This document shows positions 10,164 to 18,139 of a stretch of 64,000 nucleotides of DNA, one piece after another (positions within the stretch are counted from its first letter, which is position 1; every line of letters starts with the position of its first letter). The notes beneath the pieces are model-generated. The model had not been told where the DNA came from. It saw nothing but the letters and a program-made list of their open reading frames with translations, and searched no databases. The stretch is from positions 3,520,001 to 3,584,000 of the forward strand of contig OZ252098.1 in assembly GCA_965248355.1 (NCBI GenBank). The letters run 5' to 3'. A program made the position numbers and the translations under genes. This stretch comes from Candidatus Latescibacterota bacterium (lineage in GTDB: Bacteria > Latescibacterota > UBA2968 > UBA8231).

Positions 10164-10736
10164 ATGAGAAGGAGCCGCCACAAGACCTTCGAGGTGTACG
10201 CCGTCCCAGGGCGGCTGTTGGCCCTGGCCATCCTCGGTCTGGGGCTCCTCCTCCCGGCGGAGGCGCCCGCGGCGTCGAAGGCCCAGTTCACCCTGCCGGC
10301 CATCGACGGCGAGCAGTTCTCCCTGCGGGAAGCGCTGAAGGAGGGGCCGGTGGTCCTCGACTTCTGGGCCACGTGGTGCAAGCCCTGCATCAAGGGGCTG
10401 CCCAAGCTGCAGGAGATCGCCCAGGAGTACGGCGAGCGCGGAGTGGGGGTGTACACCGTGAACGTCGACGGACCCCGCAATCAGCCCAAGGTGAGGCCCT
10501 TCCTGAAGCGCCACCGGCTGGAGCTGCCGGTCCTGCTCGACCACTCGAGGCAGGTGATGAAGCAGTTCCAGATACCCGCGGTTCCGGCGACCATGATCAT
10601 CTCCACCGAGGGCGAGGTGGTGTACAAGCACTTCGGGTACAAGCCGGGAGACGAGATCCGCCTGCGCGCCAGGCTGAAGGAGTTGCTGCAAGAGGCTGAA
10701 ACCGACTCCACGAAAGGGGGAGCCGATGAGGGTTAG
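10164..10736 (+). CDS. TlpA/ResA-like periplasmic thiol-disulfide oxidoreductase
   Basis: Signal peptide, LDFWATWCKPC active site, cis-Pro AVP loop, HFGYKPGDE. Confidence 0.93.
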   Translation: MRRSRHKTFEVYAVPGRLLALAILGLGLLLPAEAPAASKAQFTLPAIDGEQFSLREALKEGPVVLDFWATWCKPCIKGLPKLQEIAQEYGERGVGVYTVNVDGPRNQPKVRPFLKRHRLELPVLLDHSRQVMKQFQIPAVPATMIISTEGEVVYKHFGYKPGDEIRLRARLKELLQEAETDSTKGGADEG

Positions 10737-11616
10737 AGGTATTCTCCGGAAGGGGCGGGTCGCCTGCGCGGCCATCGCCCTCACCGCTTCACACATGGGC
10801 GGAGCGAGCGAGGCCGAGGCCCAGGCGACGGCCGGCGACCCGGCCCCCGCCTTCGAGCTCGAGACCGTGGACGGACAGCTCGTGTCGCTTGGTGACTTTC
10901 TCGGCGAGAAGGTCGTCTACATCAACTTCATCGGGAACACCTGACCGTTCTGCATCGCGGAGGCCGCGAGTTCCGAGGCAATATGGCAGAACTACGGGAG
11001 CGATGGCTTCACCGCCCTCGGCATCGATCTGTGGGACGCGAGGGCCTCCAACGTCAAGTCCATCTGGGTCGACGACGGCCTGGCGTCCTACCCGATGCTG
11101 GTCAACGGCTCGGGGGTGGCCCGGGACTACGGCGTGGTCCAGGACTACTACTTCGTCATCGATCACGAGGGGATCGTCCGTTACCGGTCGCCCGACGCAA
11201 GGCTTGGGAACCGCTTCAATGACGGGGAGATCCGCGATGCCATCGACGATGCCCTGGCCGATCTCGCCGCCGCCCTGGAGGTCGTCGAAGTGGAGGAGGA
11301 GCCGGAGGTGATCACGGCGGTTTCGTCCGCCCCCCAGGTGCCCGACGGGTTCGAGCTGGGCGCCTATCCGAATCCCTTCAACGCGGAAACGACCCTCTCC
11401 TTCACGGTGAGCACGGCGGGCCCGCTGGTCCTGACCCTGTCCGATCTCCAGGGGCGCATCCTGCGCGACTGGTCCGGACACTACGGGACCGGGAGCCACT
11501 CCCTGACCTGGGACGGACGCGGCGAGAGCGGTGAACCCGTCGCCTCCGGGGTCTACGTCGCCACCGCGCGCCAGGGGGCCGCGGCCATCACCCGAAAGGT
11601 CACCCTGCTGAAGTAG
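10726..11616 (+). CDS. Putative selenoprotein: exported thioredoxin-fold redoxin (UPFC, Sec73) fused to a FlgD-Ig/T9SS type A-like C-terminal domain, 296 aa
   Basis: ORFs 10726-10944 and 11095-11616 are in the same frame. Reading through TGA (10942-10944) gives KVVYINFIGNT-U-PFCIAEAASSEAIWQNYGSDGFTALGIDLWD...YPMLVNG..VARDYGV..YYFVIDHEGIVRY with no other stop. Tail YPNPFN...WDGRGESGEPVASGVY...RKVTLLK. Confidence 0.85.
10955..10969 (+). promoter_or_regulatory. Candidate bacterial SECIS hairpin
   Basis: TCGCGG-AGG-CCGCGA perfect 6-bp stem starting 10 nt after the UGA; G-containing apical loop. Confidence 0.6.
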
Positions 11617-11634
11617 GGAGGAGCGGTCCCGCTC

Positions 11635-13185
11635 CTACAGCACCTTGCTGATCAGGCGCAACTCGAGGCCCTCGAAGCCCAACACCTCGTAGCAGCTGCC
11701 CCCGGTGCAGGCCAGCCCCGTCCTCCGCCGGCCCGCAAAGGCGTCCAGCGTGTGGGCCTCGCGGAACCTCCAGCTGGCGCCGAGAGCCCCCCAGTACGTC
11801 GCCCCCGACTCCGAGGCCCCGGCCTCCAGGGGGTCGTTGGACCTCTGCAGCTGCAGCGACCACGTCCACGCCGGATAGCGGCTGACCTCCACGATGGCCA
11901 GCAGGTTCTCGTGGGGGAACTCACTCCGGCCGAAGCGCCGGTCCACGTCCTGCAACTGCAGGTCGGCGCTGACGGCGTGGCGCCCGCCGGCGGACCACTC
12001 CCAGCGCGTGCCGGCGGTCAGGCGCCGCTCGTTCTCGAGGATGCGGTTGCGCGTATAGTCGAGGAACAGCTGTCCGTGGAGGACCTCGCCCACCGGGGAA
12101 TCCAATTGCAGGAAGTACTCCCGCAGCGACTTCTCCTCGCCGGGGCGCGAACCCCGGCGGGTGGCCAGGTTCCAGGCGGCGATCAGCCCGACCTGGCGGG
12201 GCAGGGCCCAGGTGAGCTCGGCCTGGACCCCGGTCTCGTCGTCGGCCAGCAGGGCGTGGGTCTCCCGGTTGAGCAGGAAGGCCTCGTGCTCCCGGATCAG
12301 GGTGGGCGGGTTGTTGATGCTCGCAAAGGCGAAGTCGTGGTAGTCCTTCCGTTCCAGGCTCAGCCCCCAGTCCCCGCCCGTCAGGGTGGCGGCCAGGTAG
12401 AGGGCCCGCGGGCGCTTGCTGTCCAGGGAGAACCAGCGGCCCGGGGCGGGATCGAGCTGGGCGTACTCGCCGTAGAGATCGCCGTACCAGCCACCCAGTC
12501 CGAGCCCTTCCAGGAGCGACCCGAAACGGAACTCCCCATGGGTGGTGGCGGCCAGCTCCTCGCGCCCGTCGAAGGAGAACTCCATCAGCGCCGCCCCGAT
12601 CTCGATGTCGCGGCTCAGGCGGGCGCCGACGGCCCCGCCGGAAACGCGGCCCCGGCGCCGTTCCAGACCCTTCAGCCCGGGGGCCAGCTCGCTGTTCACG
12701 GGGGTGCCGCGCAGCCACAGCACGTCCACCTTCCCCCGCCGGGCGCGCACCTCCACGCCATCAAGGTCGCGCACGATCTGGTAGCGGCGGCGGGCGACGC
12801 GGTCCTCGGTGACGACGCCCGGAAGCTCGAAGGCGTGCAGGAGGAGTCCGCGGCCCACCAGGGTGTAGAAGTGTCCGGCCGTCGCCTCGAGGCCGCCGTG
12901 CCGGTAGGAGAGGGATCGCTGCGCGAGGTGAGCGTAGTCCCGGCCGTCTCCGCTGGAGCGGAAGGCCTCGCTTCGGGCGCTGGCCAGGAATCCCGAGGAC
13001 TCGAAACCGAGGTTCACCTGCTGGTACACGGCCCGCAGATCGGCCGGCTCCGCGTCGGGAAGGTTGCCGAGCTGGTATTCGTGGTGGGCCGTGAGCCGCA
13101 CCTGGCCGTGGAGGGGGCCGGCCGCCAGCAGGGCGGCCGCCAACAGGGCGAGGAGCCCAGGGCTGGCGCGACAAGGAAGGGTCAT
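11635..13185 (-). CDS. DUF6029-like outer-membrane beta-barrel protein with C-terminal CxxxxC
   Basis: Signal peptide; GHFYTLVGRGLLL; INNPPTLIREH; alternating beta-strand pattern; C-terminal GRRRTGLACTGGSCYEVLGFEGLEL. Confidence 0.75.
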   Translation of the reverse strand: MTLPCRASPGLLALLAAALLAAGPLHGQVRLTAHHEYQLGNLPDAEPADLRAVYQQVNLGFESSGFLASARSEAFRSSGDGRDYAHLAQRSLSYRHGGLEATAGHFYTLVGRGLLLHAFELPGVVTEDRVARRRYQIVRDLDGVEVRARRGKVDVLWLRGTPVNSELAPGLKGLERRRGRVSGGAVGARLSRDIEIGAALMEFSFDGREELAATTHGEFRFGSLLEGLGLGGWYGDLYGEYAQLDPAPGRWFSLDSKRPRALYLAATLTGGDWGLSLERKDYHDFAFASINNPPTLIREHEAFLLNRETHALLADDETGVQAELTWALPRQVGLIAAWNLATRRGSRPGEEKSLREYFLQLDSPVGEVLHGQLFLDYTRNRILENERRLTAGTRWEWSAGGRHAVSADLQLQDVDRRFGRSEFPHENLLAIVEVSRYPAWTWSLQLQRSNDPLEAGASESGATYWGALGASWRFREAHTLDAFAGRRRTGLACTGGSCYEVLGFEGLELRLISKVL

Positions 13186-13267
13186 CGATCTCTCATCCGC
13201 GGACTCCGTCCCTCCCAGGGTACGCCTGCCAGCCGCCCGGACTCAAATCGCCCACCCCGGGTTCTCC

Positions 13268-14974
13268 TCAGGTCCGCGTCCCTTCCATGAGAATCCGCGC
13301 CACCTCCGGCCTGGTGAACTCCATGGGCGGGACCTGTCCCTTGGCCAGCATGTCGCGCACCTGTGTGCCGCTCAGATTCACGCGTTCCTCCGCGCCGTGC
13401 GGGCAGGTCTTCATGGAGGCCATGCCCTCGCAGCGCTTGCAGAAGAAGGAATGATCGAAGAACAGCGGGGTGATGCCCAGGTCGGCCGGGGGCAGGCTCC
13501 GCAGCAGGTCCTGCGCCTCATAGGTTCCGTAGTAGGACCCGACACCGGCGTGATCCCGTCCGACGATGAAGTGCGTGCAGCCGTAGTTCTTGCGGACGAG
13601 GGCGTGGAACACGGCCTCGCGCGGTCCCGCGTAGCGCATCGCCGCAGGCAGGACCGACAGATGCACACGGTCGGACGGGTAGTAGCCCTCCAGGAGGGCC
13701 CCATAGCAGCGCATCCGGATGTCGGCGGGGATGTCGTCCGGCTTGGTCTCTCCCACAAGGGGGTGCAACAGCAGCCCGTCGACGATCTCCAGGGCCGCCT
13801 TCTGGATGTACTCATGGGCGCGGTGGACGGGATTGCGGGTCTGAAACCCGACGATCGTCCGCCAGCCTCGCTCGGCGAAAGCGGCGCGCGTCTCGGCCGG
13901 GTCCTGCCGGTGGGACAGCAGAGCCGCCTCGAGGTCCTCGCGCTCGATGGCGGTGACCGCTCCGCCGATCAGCGCGTCATGCTGCCGGTAGACGGAGGCC
14001 ACGCCGGGGTGCGCTTCCTCCTGGGTGCCGAAGACGCTCTGCGCCTCGACCCTCTTGTCGTACGGATAGACCTCGTCAACCGTGATGACGCCGACGAGGC
14101 GGCCGGCGGGGTCGTGCAGGGCGGCTTCGTCGCCCCTTTCGAGTCCCGAGGCCGCTTCCCAGGGCGCGGACAAGGTGATCGGCAGGCTCCACAAGGTGCC
14201 GTTCGCGAGCCGCATCTCGCGCACCGTGCGCTCATAGTCGCCCCGGCTCATGAAGCCGGCCAGCGGGCTCATCGCCCCGACGGCGATGAGGTCGAGGTCA
14301 GCGGACTCGCGGGGAGAAAGCCCGAGGCGGGGCAGGGCCGAGGCCCGGGCGCGAATCTCCTGCGCCTCCTCCGGCGAGGCCAGTCGGTGGATGAGAGCGC
14401 CCCCGTGGGGCGCGATGGCCGTCATGGTGGCCGTGCCCTGTGGCGCGAATCCCCTCTCCTTCAGCGCGGACAGGACCTTGCCGAGGCTCTCCTCGATGGT
14501 CTCCTCCTCCGTGTTGACCAGGACCTCAGGGCTTGGCGGCGCCTCATACGGGTCCGAGACACCGGTGAAATTGGGAATCTCGCCCTTGAGCGCCTTCTCA
14601 TACAGGCCCTTCACGTCGCGCCGCACCAGCTCATCGAGCGAGGCGTGGACATGAACCTCGATGAAGCGGCCGATCTCCCGCCGCACCTCGTCGCGCACTT
14701 CGCGGTACGGCGAGATGGCCGAGACGATGCTGACCACGCCGTTGCGCGTGAGGAGGTTGCTGACGAATCCGATGCGCCGGATGTTGGTGTCGCGATCCTC
14801 CTTGCTGAAGCCGAGTCCCTTGCTGAGGTTCGTGCGGACCACGTCGCCGTCGAGCAGCTCGCAGTTGATACCCCGCTCCCCGAGGACCGCGAGCAACCGC
14901 TCCGCGATAGTGCTCTTGCCCGCGCCCGAAAGGCCGGTAAACCAGACCGTCACTCCCTGCGGATCTGTCGTCAC
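13268..14974 (-). CDS. cysC-sat: Bifunctional adenylyl-sulfate kinase (N-terminal CysC) / sulfate adenylyltransferase (C-terminal Sat)
   Basis: [32 protein letters not shown] (CysC); [36 protein letters not shown] (Sat). Confidence 0.95.
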   Translation of the reverse strand: MTTDPQGVTVWFTGLSGAGKSTIAERLLAVLGERGINCELLDGDVVRTNLSKGLGFSKEDRDTNIRRIGFVSNLLTRNGVVSIVSAISPYREVRDEVRREIGRFIEVHVHASLDELVRRDVKGLYEKALKGEIPNFTGVSDPYEAPPSPEVLVNTEEETIEESLGKVLSALKERGFAPQGTATMTAIAPHGGALIHRLASPEEAQEIRARASALPRLGLSPRESADLDLIAVGAMSPLAGFMSRGDYERTVREMRLANGTLWSLPITLSAPWEAASGLERGDEAALHDPAGRLVGVITVDEVYPYDKRVEAQSVFGTQEEAHPGVASVYRQHDALIGGAVTAIEREDLEAALLSHRQDPAETRAAFAERGWRTIVGFQTRNPVHRAHEYIQKAALEIVDGLLLHPLVGETKPDDIPADIRMRCYGALLEGYYPSDRVHLSVLPAAMRYAGPREAVFHALVRKNYGCTHFIVGRDHAGVGSYYGTYEAQDLLRSLPPADLGITPLFFDHSFFCKRCEGMASMKTCPHGAEERVNLSGTQVRDMLAKGQVPPMEFTRPEVARILMEGTRT

Positions 14975-15004
14975 CTTGTTTCCTCCCTTGTCCGGGTTCG
15001 TGTT

Positions 15005-15772
15005 CTATGGTGTGGCGATGCCGGCGCCGTTTCCGGGCGGGATCGCAGTCCTCGAGATGTGGATGCCGCACTCCACCTTGTCCCCGAAATCGGACCAGCG
15101 GCCGGCTCTGCGGTCCTCGCCGGGCCGGACGGCGCGGGTGCAGTGGGTGCAGCCGATGCTGGGATACCCGCGGTCGTGCAGGTCGTTGTAGGGCACGTCG
15201 TTCTCGCGAATGCAATCCCAGATGTCCTCCTCCGTCCAAGTCGCCAGGGGGTTGATCTTGACGAGGTTGAACTTGATGTCCCATGCGACGATGGCGACAT
15301 CCTTGCGCCTGGTGCCCTGATCACGGCGCAAGCCGGCCATCCAGGCGTGCTGCCCGGCGAGGGCCTCCTCGCTGGGCCCGACCTTGCGGATCTCGCAGCA
15401 GAGATCGGGGTCGACCTTCCAGAGTTCCGGGCCGTGCCGTGCCGCCTGTCGCTCGACGGAAACGTCCGCCTTGAAGGCCATGGGACGGATTCCGTAGCGG
15501 CGCGCGGCCCGGTCCTTGAGGGCGTGTGTCTCCGGGAAGAGAAAGCCCGTATCGACGTAGAAGACGGAGACGGCGGGATTGATCTCCATGGCCATGTCGA
15601 GCAGGACCATGCCGGAGACACCGCCAAAGCTGCAGGCGAGCGTGATGTCCGGGAAGAAGGTCTCCAGGGCCCAGCGCACGATCTCCCGCGGGTGGGCGTC
15701 CTCCAGCTCGGCTCTGACCTGTCCAAGCCTCTCCTCGGTCCATTCCGTCCTCAGCGCTCCAATGTCCGCCAT
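15005..15772 (-). CDS. cysH: Adenylyl-sulfate (APS) reductase, CysH family, [4Fe-4S] type
   Basis: DTGFLFPET, LCCEIRKV, GYPSIGCTHCT, RAGRW, ECGIH. The CC + CxxC pattern indicates the Fe-S APS-reductase type. RBS GGAGGG upstream of ATG 15772. Confidence 0.92.
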   Translation of the reverse strand: MADIGALRTEWTEERLGQVRAELEDAHPREIVRWALETFFPDITLACSFGGVSGMVLLDMAMEINPAVSVFYVDTGFLFPETHALKDRAARRYGIRPMAFKADVSVERQAARHGPELWKVDPDLCCEIRKVGPSEEALAGQHAWMAGLRRDQGTRRKDVAIVAWDIKFNLVKINPLATWTEEDIWDCIRENDVPYNDLHDRGYPSIGCTHCTRAVRPGEDRRAGRWSDFGDKVECGIHISRTAIPPGNGAGIATP

Positions 15773-15803
15773 GTCTTCCGCTCTCCCTCCGTATCTGGCT
15801 GGC

Positions 15804-15843
15804 AAGAAAAAACCCGCCCCCCTTGGCTGTCGGGGGGCGGGTT
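15804..15843 (-). terminator. Intrinsic terminator (attenuator) upstream of cysH
   Basis: Minus strand AACCCGCCCCCC-gacagccaa-GGGGGGCGGGTT-TTTTCTT: 12-bp stem plus U tract, ending about 30 nt before the cysH ATG. Confidence 0.85.
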
Positions 15844-15900
15844 CGTGCGCTTCTTCCTGGTTGATCAGGCGTGCCGCGCCGCTGTGTCAGTGAGGCCGGC

Positions 15901-16020
15901 TTACGTCGCTCGTCCGGCCTCCCGCCCCTGGATGGGCGTACAACAACACGAGCAGGTCACCGCGGCGCGGGGCGCCAGGGCAATCGCTGAGCAGTCAGGT
16001 ATGTGGAATTGCGCGTTCAT
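15901..16020 (-). CDS. Cysteine-rich leader peptide, 39 aa: MNAQFHIPDCSAIALAPRAAVTCSCCCTPIQGREAGRAT
   Basis: ATG to TAA ORF with TGC-TCG-TGT-TGT-TGT run, lying between a sigma70-like promoter and a terminator ahead of the cys genes. Confidence 0.8.
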   Translation of the reverse strand: MNAQFHIPDCSAIALAPRAAVTCSCCCTPIQGREAGRAT

Positions 16021-16043
16021 CGTCTCACGATCCGCTTCAACGC

Positions 16044-16071
16044 AAAATAGGCGACCGGCCTATGCTGTCAA
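16044..16071 (-). promoter_or_regulatory. Sigma70-like promoter of the cys leader, with overlapping inverted repeat
   Basis: TTGACA-16 nt-TATTTT on minus strand; ATAGGC-N5-GCCTAT at 16047-16063. Confidence 0.65.
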
Positions 16072-16252
16072 TGCGTCGACGCTGGCCGCGCCCTCACCGC
16101 CCAGCTCGCTGCCGAAGAGGGCCTGCCTTGAGCAACCGCCTGCTGCGCCAGGCGCGCCGAATCCTCCTGCCAGGTGCCCTCGCTCCAACGACGGCCAGCC
16201 TGCACTGGTGCGCGCCCCCTGAATCCCTCCGGCAAGGCAGCATGACCCTGTC

Positions 16253-17383
16253 ATGTTTGCCCTGATCTTCCTGGCCCTGCTGGGCTCCGTCCATGCCTAT
16301 TCGGGCTGGCGGCTCATCCCCCATCTTCCTCCCCCGGCTCACTTCGGTGCCGCATCGGTGTTGGTGCTCCTCCTGTTGCTGCCCCTGTTGCTCTTCCGCC
16401 TGCGGTCCCGTCCACATCTGGCCTGGCTCACGGATCCCCTTGCCTGGGTGGCCTATCTGGGCATGGGTCTCTTCACCGTCTGCTCGACTCTGCTGGTCCT
16501 GCGCGACGTGGGAGCCCTGCTCTGGGGCCTGGTCCATCCTGTCGGCGCGGGGCTCGACGCCCGCCTCGACCTGGTCACCTTTGTCCTGGCCCTGGTGGTA
16601 ACGGGCTATGGCTGTTACCAGGCCCGACGCACGCCGGTGGTCCGCCGGGTCGAGATCCCTATTGCGGATCTCCCGCCCGCATTGGTGGGGCTGCGCATCG
16701 TGCAGATCAGCGATCTCCACGTGGGCCCCACCATCAAGGCCCCTTTTGTGGAGCGCGTTGTCACCCGCGTCAACGAACTGCGGCCCGACCTGATCGCCTT
16801 CACCGGCGATCTCGCCGACGGCGCCGTCGAACGACTCGCCCCTCATACGGCCCCCCTGGCCCAACTCACCGCTCCCCTCGGGATCTATTTCTGTACCGGC
16901 AACCACGAATACTACTCGGGCGTGGAGAGCTGGACCGAACAGGCCCGCCGACTCGGATTCGATGTCCTGATCAACGAAGCACGCCACATCGACTGCGGGG
17001 ACGGGCGCATCGCCTTGGCCGGCGCCACCGACTTCAGCGCCGGCGAGCTGGTCCCCGGCCACGCTTCCGATCCGGCCAAGGCCCTTGCCGGGAGCGACGG
17101 CGCCCACGTGCGAATCCTGCTCGCCCACCAGCCGCGCAGCATAGAGGCGGCCGCCACCGCCGGTTGCCACCTGCAACTGTCGGGGCACACCCACGGCGGC
17201 CAGTTCGTGCCGTGGAAGTACACCATCCTTCTGCAACAGCCCTATATCGCGGGACTGCACAAGGTTCGCGGCACCTGGATCTACGTCCACCGGGGCACCG
17301 GCTACTGGGGGCCCCCGCTGCGGCTCGGCGCCCCTTCCGAAATCGCGCTCCTCACCCTGAGCCGGGCGCCGCCGACCGGTTAA
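16253..17383 (+). CDS. Membrane-anchored metallophosphoesterase (YkuE-like)
   Basis: N-terminal TM helices; SDLHVG, TGDLAD, GNHEYY, LAHQP, SGHTHGGQ. Confidence 0.92.
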   Translation: MFALIFLALLGSVHAYSGWRLIPHLPPPAHFGAASVLVLLLLLPLLLFRLRSRPHLAWLTDPLAWVAYLGMGLFTVCSTLLVLRDVGALLWGLVHPVGAGLDARLDLVTFVLALVVTGYGCYQARRTPVVRRVEIPIADLPPALVGLRIVQISDLHVGPTIKAPFVERVVTRVNELRPDLIAFTGDLADGAVERLAPHTAPLAQLTAPLGIYFCTGNHEYYSGVESWTEQARRLGFDVLINEARHIDCGDGRIALAGATDFSAGELVPGHASDPAKALAGSDGAHVRILLAHQPRSIEAAATAGCHLQLSGHTHGGQFVPWKYTILLQQPYIAGLHKVRGTWIYVHRGTGYWGPPLRLGAPSEIALLTLSRAPPTG

Positions 17384-18126
17384 CCGCCAGCTGTCGCCGC
17401 CCGCTCTCCCGTCCACTGGCGCAGGGCGGCGTCCAGCGCCACCCGGTGCACGGCCGCCCGTTTCTCCAGCGGCCACTCCGTCGGGGTTTCGAAGATGCAG
17501 GCGCGGGAAGCGTGTCCGTGCAGGACATAGGGGGCCAGCCCTACCTGTCCCCAGGACGGGGAGATCTCGTAGACACCCGGTGATAGGGGCCTGCTGTCCT
17601 CGCCGCTGTCCGGGTCGATGGAAGCCCGCTCCGCCACCTCGGCAATGACGGCGGGTCCCACCGCGGAGCCCTGCCGCAGGCCCTCGTACATGTAGAAGCC
17701 ATTGGCCTCCCAGTCTTCATGGCAATCGACAAAGGCGTCCACCCGACACCCCTCCAGCACCTTCTTGACCAGTTGCACCTCGGGCACGTCGCTGCCCTCG
17801 AAGGAGCGGTTGATATCCACTCCGGCCCCGTTGTCGCGGGTGCCGCGCACGTAGCCCACGGGATTGACGCAGGGCATGGCCGTGAACTCCACCTGCCCGA
17901 GCCACGGTTCCATGTCCTCTTCGACGAAGCGCAGGACCGCCTCCACCCCGGCGGGCTCGTCGCCGTGGACCCCGGCGGTCAGGAAGACCCGCAACCTCCG
18001 GGGCCGGCCCGCACGGATGCGGAGAATCGGGTGGCCCTCGACCGTCCCGATCGTCTCCACGGTCCGGCCCGGGCTGGCCAGAGCTTCCACCCGGCGCACG
18101 ACCTGATCGTAGGACCGCTCTGTCAT
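17380..18126 (-). CDS. M14 family zinc carboxypeptidase-like / succinylglutamate desuccinylase-like protein
   Basis: AGVHGDEPAG, CVNPVG, DINRSF, DCHED, FETP. Confidence 0.85.
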   Translation of the reverse strand: MTERSYDQVVRRVEALASPGRTVETIGTVEGHPILRIRAGRPRRLRVFLTAGVHGDEPAGVEAVLRFVEEDMEPWLGQVEFTAMPCVNPVGYVRGTRDNGAGVDINRSFEGSDVPEVQLVKKVLEGCRVDAFVDCHEDWEANGFYMYEGLRQGSAVGPAVIAEVAERASIDPDSGEDSRPLSPGVYEISPSWGQVGLAPYVLHGHASRACIFETPTEWPLEKRAAVHRVALDAALRQWTGERAATAGG

Positions 18127-18139
18127 TTGTGGGGCCGTG

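Noticed and set aside
10942..10944. Genome-wide UGA reassignment (Trp/Gly)
   Set aside because: Many genes here clearly end in TGA (hrpA, secA, ribH, yajC, purC), so any read-through must be site-specific
15780..16040. SAM riboswitch or T-box upstream of cysH
   Set aside because: No SAM-I core or T-box consensus recognised; the leader-peptide model explains the elements
13064..16222. 1052-aa plus-strand ORF and many other long antisense ORFs (e.g. 5095-7833, 2236-4659, 50308-52221)
   Set aside because: Shadow frames of real opposite-strand genes in high-GC DNA; low-complexity R/G/P/A translations with no motifs
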